A DNA stretch of 64,000 nt. Source: Eledone cirrhosa. Taxonomy: Eukaryota. Made by a program: the position numbers and the translations under genes. Where the stretch lies: positions 188,480,001 to 188,544,000 of the forward strand of contig OZ024742.1 of the NCBI GenBank assembly GCA_964016885.1. The letters run 5' to 3'. The notes under the pieces are model-generated. The model was not told the origin of the DNA and did not search any database. It saw only the letters and a program-made list of their open reading frames with translations. Of this stretch, positions 41,762 through 56,471 are shown piece by piece (within the stretch, counting starts at the first letter, position 1; each line of letters starts with the position of its first letter).

Positions 41762-43209
41762 GCACACACATGTGCGTGTACTAGTGATAACTTAGTATTT
41801 TAAAGGAAGCATTCTCGCAATCATAGGAGTGTTTATGTATATGGTTTCTACCTGGCGGATATTTTTACATGTAAATGTAAAAGTGGTAAAATCCATCACA
41901 TCCATTGAGGTAAATGTAGGAGGAATGTTCAAGTACCATTAATGTAAAGAATTCCTCCGAGTTGCTTAGCACAAAGTAGGTTGACACTGAGCCAACATAT
42001 GATGATGGCATTTCACCTGTGTAATGTTTCTGTATATTAGGGAATATATTGAGAAATATTTCTGCGGGTCATATACACACACACACAATTACACATATAC
42101 CCACTTACACACTTACACACGCACGCACACTTTCACACACACACTTTCACACGCACACTTATACACATATACTCACACATACACACACACACAAACACAC
42201 ACACAAACAAACAGACACACACACACAAACAAACGCCCGTGTGTGTTTCTGTCTATGTGCGACCCAACTCAAATAATAGAAACCGACGATGCTCCATTCC
42301 ATTCTACTTTTCTTTATATTGTGTATTTCTATCGTTTCAGAGGCCACTAGTTATATACTAGTCATATACTTTGTTGAACTCATGAATAAATATATATTTC
42401 AAAGAGCCTTTAAACAAACGTTCATCTGACTAAAATACAGAACGGAACCAATCGTCATATTGAACCAAGGAATCTGTTTCTGTAGATATTTCCGTGGCTG
42501 AGAGTATCTGGCGGTCGAACTTCCAGGCATAAAAATGGAAAGGAGCCGTTTGTCAGATCGGACCAAGGAAACAATCCTTCTATTGGACTTTCCATTTCAT
42601 ATACTAAGTGGCGGTTCCCTCGATTGGCAGCAGAAACAAAAGAACTGATTATTATATTGGGTCAAAGAAGCAAGGCTTTCATTTGCCTTTGCATTACTGA
42701 TGACATGTGGTTGTTTCAATTGCTGGTAGAAGAAAACGCTGTTTGAGCGGTTACAGCAATGAATCATGTTTGACTATTAAACAATATTGCCCACCGGGCG
42801 TCTCTGAATGATAAACTCCAGCTGTGAAAAACTGAAAGGCTACGTTAATCTTGGCGAGATATGAACTGTGATCAAATAAAACCCGAACATATACCTCGTC
42901 ATTTAATTCGACTATCGAATAACACTGCCAACTGACCTTAGTACTACTAAATAGGCGTAAATGTAAGATAACGAGACCAATATTTGTAAACACATACAGT
43001 CGTTACTTGTTTCTTTCTAGGTTGAAAGCATCAGACAACGTTGTTTTACTTTCCGCTATATTGTGGTCAATAATTTATGTCTGAGGTGTGTACTAGACTT
43101 TATTTATTCGTCTGTACATCATCAATAGTATGGCCTTGGGCCAGCGTGTCGCATTATATTCTAAAAAATGTTTGGCATGCAATAAATATTAATAGCTTTA
43201 AACTTCTAT

Positions 43210-43274
<65 letters not shown>

Positions 43275-43462
43275 TATGTGTCTATGTGTGTGTGTGTGTG
43301 GTGTGTGTGTATGTATATATGCATGTATATATATATATGCATATATATATAATATATATATACATATATATATAACATATATATGTTCGTATATATATTA
43401 TATATATATACACATATATATTATGCATATACACATATATATTATATATATACGCATACATT

Positions 43463-43536
<74 letters not shown>

Positions 43537-43545
43537 GTATGTATA

Positions 43546-43598
<53 letters not shown>

Positions 43599-43607
43599 TT
43601 GTATGTA

Positions 43608-43649
<42 letters not shown>

Positions 43650-43721
43650 TATATATATATGCATACATATATACATGTATATATATATATATATATATGT
43701 GTATATATATATATGTATATG

Positions 43722-43754
<33 letters not shown>

Positions 43755-43957
43755 TTATGTGTGTGCAGGTGTGTACTGTTTGAACATTTGTATTTCATAG
43801 GTTCTTAGATATATTTCATCCAGCGGTCAGCAACAATGTATCTGAAATAATCTAATAACATAACATAACAGCAAAATAATGTTAGGCTTAAAGTCGAACG
43901 CTTTAATGCATTATAATATTACTTATCTTCCTACAAGAAATATACACTTATATACAT

Positions 43958-44069
<112 letters not shown>

Positions 44070-44090
44070 ATATATGTGTATATATGTATA

Positions 44091-44169
<79 letters not shown>

Positions 44170-44190
44170 ATGTGTATATATGTATGTATA

Positions 44191-44223
<33 letters not shown>

Positions 44224-45680
44224 GAATATACCTTCTTTAGTATTACGTAGAAAGTAGATACAAATTTTTAAGGCCGATTTGAATGTGTTTCTATATTGTG
44301 TTTTATTCTTTCGTGGATTTCGGGAATAAATAATGCTGATGGCTGAAGTAATTGTTGAAATACACTTTTAGAAATGACATAATTGAGTTTGTTCCTACAT
44401 TTCTGTAACAGTTTAGCGTCATGTGCATTGTGAACAAGATATTGATTGTATTGGATGTTAATTGCTACACACTCAACTCTTTGTTATTTTGTATTGAGTC
44501 ATAAATTATTTCTTCACTCTCATATGTTCCCCAATCTCCGTGTAAAATTGTTTACATTAGATTAAATGCCAGTATGGATATATAAAACAGTGAATAATAT
44601 TTCCAAAACCGGACTCTAACTTTGAAGTCCGTTCATATATTTTGTGTCATATAACAGCTGATAAAATGAGTTTTGAAATCATATACGACCATAAAAGTTT
44701 AGAATCGGAACATTTTCCACATCTTTATGACTTTTCAAATCTTATATGACCATAGGTGTTTAGAATCAGAAAATTTTGCACATCTTTATGTGTAGATCAC
44801 ACAACAGTAACAATACTATTATTTAGTTCATTAAGGACGTGTGCCAGGAGGAAAACAAAACGACGTCATTTTTATCCATTATATACTTTGATTCTGTTTC
44901 TTACAACTTTTAGTAAATTTAATATTTGGAATGGGAATCTAATGGGCCGTTATTAGTTGGTTTATGATGAAACGAAACCAGGTTGAAGGAGCAGGTATTT
45001 GAAAATAGTAGAGGAATAATTATTACAGCTGAAACTCCACCGGATTTAATAAATATTAATTAAATATTAAGTATTAAATGTAAATATAATAGGGTATGAA
45101 AAAAAAATAAGGATGACAATTATACTTGTTTGAAAGATTTTCTAGAGAACAACAACTAACCCAAGTACCCTAATCATCGACAGTATAAATCCAATTACTT
45201 CTGTGTTTTATAACTACACATTCGTCGAGTGACAGAGGACACTGCCCATGTCTCACATAACACTGTAGATATTAAGTTCATATACTCCTTTTTATATCTA
45301 ACTAAGCATTTGAATTTGACGTCTTGCATTTAATATAAGCATGGCTTAATATTTATTGGACGATGATTTGGTAGGGTCGCTGGAATGTCGGATTAAATTC
45401 TTTTGTATATGTTCCGGTTCCCGGTACTTCAATTTCAAACCTGACAGCTGTTAACTTTAGGTCAATAAGTTAATTAATGGTGGATTAGAAGAATTATTAC
45501 GTTCCTGGCTTCGTTCAAATTGTACATGTAGAAAGAAATTGACGTAAAAACGATAACTAACTCACTACTTGATACATACGTAGTTTATCGACTTTGCTAT
45601 AACTAACGCCAATGTCAACAAGGCCGTGGCATATAAGAAGGTTGAAGTAAGAGAATAGTGTGTTAATAATTGTAATAATT

Positions 45681-45840
45681 AGTATCGGTAGAGTGTCAGA
45701 CGACATGCTTTAAAGCATAGAGTTACACTTCCTTTCGATCTGCGTTCAAATTCAGCCGAGGATACGTTTGCCTTTCATCCTTACGCAGTCGATAAATTAA
45801 AGTACCAGAAAGCATTGGGGTCGATTTAAGCCATTTCCCC
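45681..45840 (+). mobile_element. tRNA-derived SINE (family of 1016-1411)
   Basis: AGTATCGGTAGAGTGTCAGAC, GTTCAAATTC, TTTGCCTTTCATCCTTACG..GTCGATAAA. Confidence 0.82.
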
Positions 45841-46259
45841 CGATTGATCGTTGTCAGTGAGTTAATGATATCAGCAGAAGACGAAATTCCTGGCGTCGAG
45901 CGAATTCCGCAATGCTGCACTTCCGTAAGGAATGTTTCAGTAAGGTTCTAGCATGGGTGTTGTGGTCTGGAGTGTTGAGGAAACGTAACGACAGTGAAAT
46001 ATATGCACCTATCACTCTTATACCGTAACTGATCTAGCTTTGACGTTGTCACTTCTAGCAATCATCACATGGAAACTAAATATATGTTTATTAAACATAA
46101 CTACATTGTATACAATGAAATTGAATTAGAAGTTTTCACTATAAATTGGCTATAGAAAATACTCAATTTACGGTGAGAGCTTGTAAATAATTCTATTTTA
46201 AAATGTTCAACATTCTTAGTCTAATAATTCATACGCGCTTCATATACATATATAGATAC

Positions 46260-46344
<85 letters not shown>

Positions 46345-46347
46345 TCA

Positions 46348-46389
<42 letters not shown>

Positions 46390-46490
46390 ATATATATATA
46401 TATATAGTAATCTAATTCATACGCGCTTTATATATATATATGTATATAAAGCGCGTATGAATTAGAATACTAAGAATGTTGAATATTTTG

Positions 46491-46570
<80 letters not shown>

Positions 46571-46974
46571 TTCATATTCATTATGATGGCTGTATCCCAA
46601 TGTATATTGTTATAGAGTTAAACAAAGTCCACTTCTGCACACACAACAACCACAGCCAGCATAATTACGAAAACGTCAGTCGTTCGATTAAACAACACAA
46701 CACTGCACTGTACTGTGCAGTGAATACAATCTCTATACTGTACAAACTCGACGACTTGTCACGATATTGATTCTACGTCGAACACACAGCAGCATTGTGG
46801 GTGATTTTGAGGTAAGGCGGGGCCAAAAACATTGCTCCCTCGATCGATTGACATGCTAACTGATTGAATTTCGTCACCATCAGATCAGATCGATATTTTC
46901 AACGACTCACCGTTTTATTTTTGAGACAGAATTGGTAGTCGAACAAGTGACGTTTGGTAGCGAATTGTAAATGT

Positions 46975-47925
46975 AGTACTGCAGTGTGGTGTAGTGTAGT
47001 CGAATAGTGTCTAGTTTACTGTAGTGTAGTGTAGTGTAGTGTAGTCTAATACTGTCTAGTTGACTGTAGTGCAATGTAGTGTAATGTAGTTTAATACTGT
47101 CTAGTTGACTGTAGTGTAGTGTAGTGTAGTCGAATAGTGTCTAGTTTACTGTAGTGTAATGTAGTGTAGTACAGAGTGGTGTAGTGTAGTTTAATACTGT
47201 CTAGTTGACTGTAGTGTAGTGTAGTCTAGTGTAGTGTAGTCTAATACTGTCTAGTTGACTGTAGTGTAATGTAGTATAGTGGAGTGTAGTCTAATGCTAT
47301 CTGGTTTACTATAGTGTAATGTAGTGTATTTTAATACTGTCTAGTTTGCTGTAGTGTAGTGTAACGTAGTGTAACGTAGTGTAGTGTTGTTTAATGCTGT
47401 CTAGCATACTGTAGTGTAACGTAGTGTAACGTAGTGTAGTGTAGTCTATTGCTGTCTAGCACACTATAGTGTAACGTAGTGTAGTGTAGTGTAACGTAGT
47501 GTAGTGTAGGCTAATGCTGTCTAGCATACTGTAGTGCAACGTAATGTAGTGTAGTCTAATGCTGTCTAGCATACTGTAGTGCAACGTAGTGTAGTGTAGT
47601 CTAATGCTGTCTAGCATACTATAGTGTAGTGTAGTATAGTGTGCTATAGTGTAGTCTAATACTGTCTAGTTTACTGTAGTGTAATGTAGCGTAGTATAGA
47701 GTAGTGTAGTCTCATGATGTCTAGTTTACTGTAGTATGGTGTGGTGCAGTGTGGTGTAGTGTGGTCTAATACTATTGTCTAGTTTACTGTAGTGTAGTGT
47801 AGTGTAGTGTAGTGTATTATAATGTAGTATAGTATAGTGTAGTATAGTGTGCCGAAGTGTAGTCTAATACTCTCTAGTTTAATATAGTGTAGTGTAGTGT
47901 AGTGTTTTGTTGTGTTTTGTAGTTG
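46975..47925. repeat. (GTAGT)n-based minisatellite with 40-60 bp higher-order units
   Basis: Recurrent CTAATACTGTCTAGTTTACT spacer between GTAGT runs. Confidence 0.92.
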
Positions 47926-48132
47926 CGTGATTGATTTAGATGCGTTAAGAAAGAAAAGGTGTAGCATAGTTAGTGTTAGTGTTAAGTAAGGTTCGAGGGA
48001 AAGGAGAGAGAGGTAGGGAGAATGCTAGTGTGGAGAGAGAGGCAAAGGGAGGAGAGAGTAAGAAGGGAAGATAGACAGAGTAAGAAAATAACTGGCAGAC
48101 TAAACATGCACACATATAGGCATATATACACA

Positions 48133-48190
<58 letters not shown>

Positions 48191-48654
48191 CATACATACA
48201 CATGCATACGTACACACACATACATACACACGCATACATACACACGCATACATTCACACTGATATACACACGCATATATACACACGCGGATATATACACA
48301 CGCATACATACACACTCATACATTCACACTGATATATACATACGCATATATACACACACGGATATATACACACACATACACACGCATAAATACACGCGCA
48401 TACATACACACTCATATAAACATACTCATATATACACACGAATATACATACACATGCATACATACAAACGCATACATACACACGCTTATTAACACAGTCA
48501 TATATACACAGGCATATATACACACGCACACATGCACAGGCATATATACATCCACACCCATACTTCTTGCATTGGTAGTTGCAGTAGTAGCAAACATGAC
48601 GACTATGATGGCGGCAGTGAAAACATAGAGACAAATAAACAATATCAACTAACA

Positions 48655-48683
48655 TAGTAGTAGTAGTAGTAGTAGTGGTAGTG

Positions 48684-48729
<46 letters not shown>

Positions 48730-48806
48730 TGGTAGTAGTAGTAGTAGTAGTAGCAGTAGTAGTTGTTGTTGTTGTCGTTGTTGTTGTGGTAGTAGTAGTA
48801 GCAGTT

Positions 48807-48847
<41 letters not shown>

Positions 48848-48872
48848 TGTTGTTGCTGTAGTAGTAGTAGTT

Positions 48873-48916
<44 letters not shown>

Positions 48917-48944
48917 TACTGTTATTGTTGTTGTAGTAGTAGTT

Positions 48945-48976
<32 letters not shown>

Positions 48977-49019
48977 TGTTGTTGTTGTAGTAGTAGTTGT
49001 AGTAGTAGTTGTTGTTGTT

Positions 49020-49075
<56 letters not shown>

Positions 49076-49175
49076 TACTGTTGTTGTTGTTGTAGTAGTA
49101 GTTGTAGTAGTAGTAGTAGTAGTAGTAGTAGTTGTTGTTGTTGTAGTAGTAGTTATAGTAGTAGTAGTAGTTGTT

Positions 49176-49218
<43 letters not shown>

Positions 49219-49247
49219 TAGTTGTTGTTGTTGTTGTAGTAGTAGTT

Positions 49248-49279
<32 letters not shown>

Positions 49280-49307
49280 TGCTGTTGTTGTTGTTGTAGT
49301 AGTAGTT

Positions 49308-49375
<68 letters not shown>

Positions 49376-49548
49376 TGTCGTGGTAGTAGTTGTTGTAGTA
49401 GTAGTAGTAGTAGTAATAGTAGTAATAGTAGTAGTTGTTGTTGTAGTAGTTGTTGTTGTAGTAGTAGTAGTTGTAGTAGTGGTAGTGGTAGTGGTAGTGG
49501 TAGTAGTAGTGGTAGTAGTAGTAGTAGTGGTGGTAACAGTAGTAGTAA

Positions 49549-49596
<48 letters not shown>

Positions 49597-49598
49597 CG

Positions 49599-49656
<58 letters not shown>

Positions 49657-49694
49657 TAGTAGTAGTAGTAGTAGTTGTTGTTGTTGTTGTTGCT

Positions 49695-49732
<38 letters not shown>

Positions 49733-49748
49733 TGCTGTTGTTGTTGTT

Positions 49749-49802
<54 letters not shown>

Positions 49803-49860
49803 AAGATTGTAACAGTAGTATTAACAGTGATAGTCATTGTGGTAATTGCAGTAGTAGTAG
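48655..49860. repeat. 1.2-kb (GTA)/(GTT)/(GTG) microsatellite
   Basis: Direct reading; explains the poly-T/poly-V ORFs. Confidence 0.98.
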
Positions 49861-49894
49861 TTTAGATACAACGTGTATATTACCTGCTCTAGCA

Positions 49895-50630
49895 ACAAAC
49901 CACCACCACCAACAACAACAACAACAACACCAGCACCACCATCACAACCGCCACCACCACCAACAACAACACCAGCACCACCATCACCACCGCCACCACC
50001 ACCAACAACAACACCAGCACCACCAGCACCACCCCACCACCTCCAACAATAACAACAACACCAGCACCATCATCACCACCACCATCACCACAACCACCAG
50101 CACAAGCACCACCAGCAGTACCTCCTCCTCCTCTCCAACCACCACCACTACCAGCACCATCATCACCACCACCAACAACAACACCACCACCAGCACACCA
50201 ACCACCAGCACAACCACCACCTACTTCACCACCAACACCACCACCACCACCGCCACCGCCACCACCATTAGCACCATCACCACAAGCACCAGCACCACCA
50301 CCATCACCTCTGCCACCTCCATCACTAACACCACCACCATCACCACCGCGGCGCCGCCACCGTCTCCGCCACCACCAATACCACCATCACAACAAGAACC
50401 AGCACCACCACCACCACAACCACCAACGCTATCGCCGCCACCACTACCACCACCTCCATCACTACCACCACCACCACCACCACCACCACCACCACCGCTA
50501 CCACCACCATCACAACAAGCACCAGCACCACCAGCACCACCGCTACCACATCCATCTCTACCACCAACACCACCACCACCGCCACCGCCTCCACCACTAC
50601 CACCACTACCACCACCATCACCATCATCAT
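49895..50630. repeat. (CAC)/(CAA)/(CAG) microsatellite
   Basis: Direct reading. Confidence 0.95.
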
Positions 50631-50958
50631 ATTCAGTACGTTACCTTTCCTGTTCAGTATTATTACATTCCTTTAGCAATTCCTTCATAGCTTGCCTTCT
50701 CTCTATTACTCATTTAAAATAGGTACGGCACGCTTGTCGAACGCACTCCAGTGCGGGCGTGCGTTTGCTCGCATTTGCACAAGCCTATGGGCGTGTGTGT
50801 TCTTGCGCGTGCATGTAATTGTGCGAGAATGTGCACGTACGTTTGATTTTATGCGACGCGCATTTGTGCGTGTATACTTTCTGATCGTGTATGTCAATGT
50901 AACTTTGGTATTTCATTTGGCATCCACACTGATGATATTTCTATGAGTGGGTGCAGTT

Positions 50959-51097
<139 letters not shown>

Positions 51098-51307
51098 TCA
51101 AACACATACATAAAGTGTTTGTCTGATGTGCGTTACCTTTAGTGGTATAGCGTGATAATCTCTTTTTTAAGTTATGCGTTGTTAAGTATATATCGGCAGT
51201 CGATCGACTTTCGTCAAATTGGACCGAGGAATCAATGCTTCCGTTGGTCTCCCCATTGCGAATCCAATTCTCTAACAACTCAACCACGCGTCTACACACA
51301 TCGCGCC

Positions 51308-51508
<201 letters not shown>

Positions 51509-51552
51509 TATACATACATGTATATATATATACACATATATATACACACATA

Positions 51553-51588
<36 letters not shown>

Positions 51589-51599
51589 AATATATATAT

Positions 51600-51651
<52 letters not shown>

Positions 51652-51773
51652 AACGCATGCACCAAATCTTTTGCAAGAAATGTCAACATGAATTGATCTA
51701 TTATTTTTATCTAAAGACATTTTTTCCAATTCCATCCCTCCCGTCCCCTCAATTTATCTTATTTCTCATTTTT

Positions 51774-51809
51774 TCTTCTGATGAAGGACTAGCGTCCGAA
51801 ACGTTAAGA
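51774..51809 (+). ncRNA. Minimal hammerhead-like motif (PLE pLTR)
   Basis: TCTT-CTGATGA-A-GGA ctagcg TCC-GAAA-CG-TT-AAGA; palindromic AACGTT stem III. Confidence 0.65.
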
Positions 51810-52180
51810 CCCTGTGTGTGTGTCCCAAAAAGATATATGCACACTTCAACAGCAATCTAATCTAATCATATTTCGGGACACTCTGTATATATATATAACG
51901 AAGGAAATGTGGTAAGGAACCAGGTGGACCATAACGCACCAAAGTACTGAATACTTAGGATAGTAGAGTGGGTAATAGGAACGAGTAGGACCCCAACGGC
52001 TGAGCTCAGGCCGTTTCGACGGCTAATTCTGGACTAAATGAACATTTTTATCCTGGTATATGAATAGCCGAGCTTCTCAGGGGGTCATTCCATATATGGT
52101 AAAAGTGATTGTCACAAGGATAGGTCAAAAGTTTGTTGTTGAGACATAATAATTCTATCATGGCAATTTGTGGAGGGAGG

Positions 52181-53593
52181 TTTGACATAGAGAGTTACTA
52201 TGCTTCAATTACCTTACCGCTACTTACGGCTGCCTTGGACTTCGCCGAAACACTTGAGCCCATCACCGACCAGGAATGAAACATCATCCTCCACGCCAGG
52301 AAGACAGTCTTACTCTTCGACAACTCCAAATGGATAAAGAGAGCTCCCGACTCACCCTTCGACGTCAGCATGGGCGCGACGGATTCGGCTCAGGTCACAG
52401 ATCTTATAGGATTATTCCTAATAGCCAAACTCACCGATATGTTTCCTGCATTCGGCGGTGGATTGTACCGTGATGATGGGCTCCTTACCCTTAAAGGGTA
52501 CAACCCCAGTAGTACAGATCGGGTCCGTAAACAATTAATCAGCTTCTTCCGCGACTGGGGATTTAAAATAACCCTACAAACGTCCCTGACCCGAGTAAAC
52601 TTACTGGACGTTACCCTTGACCTCGATAATGATCTGTACTACCCATACAGGAAACCTAACAACAACCTGCACTACATCCACCGCCGGTTAAACCATCCTA
52701 GGAACATCACCAATAACCTGGTTAAAAACATCTCCCTGTGCATATCTCGTTTGTCAGCTAATGAGCAGATATTCGAGGAACATGCGCCTTATTACAATGA
52801 GGCCCTCAAGCGGAGTGGTTTGCGGGAGGAAATATCCTACTGTCCAACTTCCATTAGCGGAACCAGCAGGCGACACCGCCACTCACGCAATGTAACATGG
52901 TTCAATCCTCCCCACAACGCCGAGGTGACAACTCCTATCGGAAAAATCTTCTTTAGGCTCATTGAAAAACACTTCCCACTACAACAACGCTACAACAACA
53001 TAATTAACAAAAATACCACCAAACTCTCCTACAGCACCACACCAAACTTTGCACAAAACATCGTCTCCTGTAACAACAACAAACTCAACCCCTATGGAAG
53101 AAATAACCTAAATAGCAGTGGAGAGCCGACCAAGAGGTGCAACTGTCCTGATGGATCCATTTGCCCCCTCGACAACAGATGCAGAGATCGTAATGTGATC
53201 TACCAGTGCAACGTGAGGACGGACACCTCCAACAAAGCTTATATAGGATTAACCGCATGTAACTTCAAGACCCAGCTATACCAACACAGACATAACTTCC
53301 GATACCCGGCCCGGCGTCACGCCACTACACTTTCGGGCCACATATGGGACCTCAAGGATAACAATATTACCTATGATCTCAGTTGGAGCTTACTGTCCAG
53401 AGCCAACTCTTACACGGGAGGAAGCCGTCCGTGCAATCTATGCTCGGAGGAAACTTTACAAATGCTGTTTTCGACGGACCAACTCCTAAACAAGAAAGAT
53501 GAACTGGTAACTGCATGTAAACACAGATTGCGTAGGACTTACCTCGCCTTCAAACTCCATAATGACCCGGGGGGGGGGAGACAAGGGCTATAA
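52181..53593 (+). pseudogene. PLE RT (from FDIESYYASI) + GIY-YIG endonuclease, one in-frame TGA
   Basis: Frame extends upstream of 52370 through TGA 52277-52279; GLYRDDGL, WFNPP, CNC-x5-CPL-x3-C, VIY..YIG, CNLC.EE, CKHR. Confidence 0.92.
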
Positions 53594-54736
53594 CACCCCA
53601 CTTGCAGATTTTGTAATGGGTAAACCCTGCTTGCAAAGGTAGACGTAAGATCTTCTTTTATATCTTTTTATCGCTTCTCTATATTTCCTTCTTCCCCCCA
53701 TCCCTCCCTAGTCCTTCCACCCCAGTCCTCTTTCTTTGTCGTCGTCCTTTTCACTTTTTCGCCCACGCGAGGCAGCCCCTCGGTCCTTTGTAGCCTCAGT
53801 ACCCCCACCCCTTCCCCTATTCTATGATAGATTTGGCCGACTCCGCTTTTTATAGCAGATGTGTTAGACCCCGGATACTTGCCTTCTTATCTGATGGCTG
53901 CCCCTTTTCCGTGCTTTCTATGTTTCTTAGTGGTATCTTTGCTTTAATTTCTCGTATATCAGTATTTTTGGGGGGTGGGGGTGGGGGTGGGGGTGGGGTT
54001 CTGAATTAATTTTCCGTATCAAATTTTACATATACTTCGTACGAGCATTTATGTAGTTTGCACTAGAATTTTTGTATCGTGGCGGCACCCTTAGAGATAG
54101 TATTAGTATTCTTTACCGGAATTCTGAATTATTATTTCGTATTAGTTTTTTTTTTTTTTTGCACTGGGTGGTTGCTGGCCTTGTGCCTGGGGTATAAACC
54201 TTTATTTCGTACTGGTCTCGGGACTCTGAATTATTTTTTCGTGGTAGTTTCTTTAGTATTTGGCCCCCCCCACTTGTTGACCCGTCACCGTAAGATATAC
54301 TCGGTCGATTACTTATACCTCTTAAAAGGGTCTCATTATAATTCCGTCCCACCTAGTAAACCTTTCTTTAGTCTAGCAGTACCAGTGAGAGACTTGATAG
54401 CTGTCCTTAGGTTATAGTAACCAGAAATTGTTTTTTTTTTACATTTAATTGTTTTTTAACACTCTCGGTTTTTTTCTATATATTTAGCCCATAGTGTTTT
54501 ACTTTTGTTTCGACTTCCTCCTCCTCCCCCTCACTAGTATCTTCTTTCACCTCCTGCCCAGCTGTAGTTGGCACTATCAACGCACGACTGGGTTTTCTCC
54601 ACCCCTCTCCCTCTTTCTTCTACTGGCAGGTTCAACTACCCCTTCCCTCCACAAATTGCCATGATAGAATTATTATGTCTCAACAACAAACTTTTGACCA
54701 ATCCTTGTGACAATCACTTTTACCATATATGGAATT

Positions 54737-54832
54737 ACCCCCTGAGAAGCTCGGCTATTCATATACCTGGATAAACATTTTCATTTAGTCCAGAATTAGC
54801 CGTCGAAACGGCTTCAGCTCAGCCGTCGGGGT
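54737..54832 (+). ncRNA. Variant type I hammerhead ribozyme with long stem II
   Basis: ACCCC-CTGAGAA-G..CGGCTA/TAGCCG.C-GAAA-CGGCT/AGCCG-TC-GGGGT; G8 replaced by A. Confidence 0.7.
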
Positions 54833-54842
54833 CCTACTCGTT

Positions 54843-54913
<71 letters not shown>

Positions 54914-54985
54914 TTATTTGATATATATATTATCCTTATTGAGCCCTATCTGGATTTTAGTCTTCAATTTTATTATTATTATTAC

Positions 54986-55019
54986 TGGATTGACAGTATC
55001 GGTAGAGGGTCTGATGCCA
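54986..55019 (+). mobile_element. SINE 5' head only, fused to the broken end of Tx1 copy C
   Basis: TGGATTGACAGTATCGGTAGAGGGTCTGATGCCA matches the SINE head at 1222-1255; preceded by (TTA)n. Confidence 0.75.
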
Positions 55020-56471
55020 GTTGCAGTAGACCGCTTCCAGGAGAACGGAGAACAAGTCCGGCATTGCTACGTAAAATTCGTAGGGTAGACCGTCGAGACC
55101 TGGAAATTTGCGTTTGCCGCATTGGCTCAGCGCGTCCCCTATCTCAGTGGCCGAAATCGGCCTTTCGCAAAACTTCGCCTCGCTGTCCGAGAGTTGCGGT
55201 AGGCCGTCGAGGTATGGACCGAAATCCATAGCCCCTCCCGGCGCGCGGCCCTGCCCGAACAGTTGAGCAAAGTGCCGCTGAAAGGCCTCGCACATCTGCT
55301 TCGGCTCACGTCACGCATCCGTCTTGGTCCTTCAAAGACCGAATCGTGGACTTGTTGCCAACGTTCGCCTCCGTCACTCGGGCCCAGCTAACAGCTTTGG
55401 TTTCCTCGTTTCCCAGAGCACGTATTTTGCTTCTGAAAACGCAGCCTTCATGCTTTGCGTCGAAGAACTGGTCCAAGGCCGTTCTTGTCGCTAGCACGCT
55501 GGCTACGTTGGCACTCCTAAGTCTCTCTTGTACTTTATCTACCAGTTCCTTTTCGGTTTTATTTGTATCTGACACTAATTCTTTACTAAAACCTATCGAG
55601 TCTAATCTAACTGCCCTCTTGAGAGGGTACCACCATCTGTTGTTGAGAATGGCCCACGTCAAGTGCTGCTTAACTAAACTGCTAATCCGTCTACTGTAGG
55701 CTTTGCATGTCGGTAACGACAAGTTCAGCTTCAAGTAGCCGGGTCTCTCTCTATGGGTTTTGTCAAGGTTGACTAAGCAGCTCACTAATTTGTGATCTGA
55801 ATAGGCAACCATGAACATTTGTGGACAGCTTAACATGTCCTTATCCTTCTTTCTAACTAGCACCCCATCTAGGTACGATCTAGATGTTCCGCTACGATTA
55901 GTCCACGTCCACAGTGGCACAGTCGGAAAATCTAGTCGATATCGATCGGCCAGGTCAAATCGGCCGATTAACTGTTTGAGGCTGTTACACCCCGCTCTAT
56001 CGGAACATGCTTCCACATAGTCCCAACGTGCATCTAGGATTCCATTCCTGTCCGCCACTAACAGCTGGGAGCGGGACGTTCCCAGAAAAGTCTCTAGACG
56101 TTTGAAGAAGTCTGGTCGCGGTGTCCCGGGTGGGGCATATGCGGCCACCAGCCTGAAGGCCCCACCTTCACTACCGTCAACGTCTAGGACCATCAGTCGA
56201 GCCTCCGGGTCAAGATGTACCGTCTGTGTTACAAAGTCCAGGTGTTTCCGCAACAAAATGGCAACCCCACCCCACCGCCCCACTGACAGAGAGATGCGTA
56301 GATCTCAAAGTCGTCGAAGATGGGGGCCAGTTGTCGCTCGCTGTGGATCCTGGACTCGCAAATGGCTACTATACACATACTGTGCGACCTGAGGTCGTTT
56401 AAGTGTTTGCCCTTTTTCCAGGGCATCCCCAGGCCGCGTACATTCAAACATACAACTCTTATATTGGCCAT
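55015..56471 (-). pseudogene. Tx1 ORF2 N-terminal part (APE endonuclease + linker), frameshifted
   Basis: ORF pieces 56229-56471, 55306-56283 and 54957-55295 align to copy A ORF2. Confidence 0.9.

Larger units (their letters stand above)
51897..54845 (+). mobile_element. 5'-truncated Penelope-like retroelement (second Naiad-type family) with inverted 5' pLTR copy
   Basis: About 51977-52179 is the reverse complement of about 54643-54845; RT + GIY-YIG body; (TA)n on both sides. Confidence 0.92.

Noticed and set aside
42400-43160. Possible host exon or transposase remnant in a non-repetitive block
   Set aside because: Only short frames with no recognisable motif or consistent splice pattern; needs BLASTX.
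44680-44790. Two direct repeats of about 60 bp
   Set aside because: Ordinary local duplication with no further structure.
52277-52279. In-frame TGA as selenocysteine (some Naiads are known to encode selenoproteins)
   Set aside because: It aligns to a non-Cys position (Met in the other Naiad), CGA>TGA decay is simpler, the conserved Cys residues use normal codons, and I saw no convincing SECIS.
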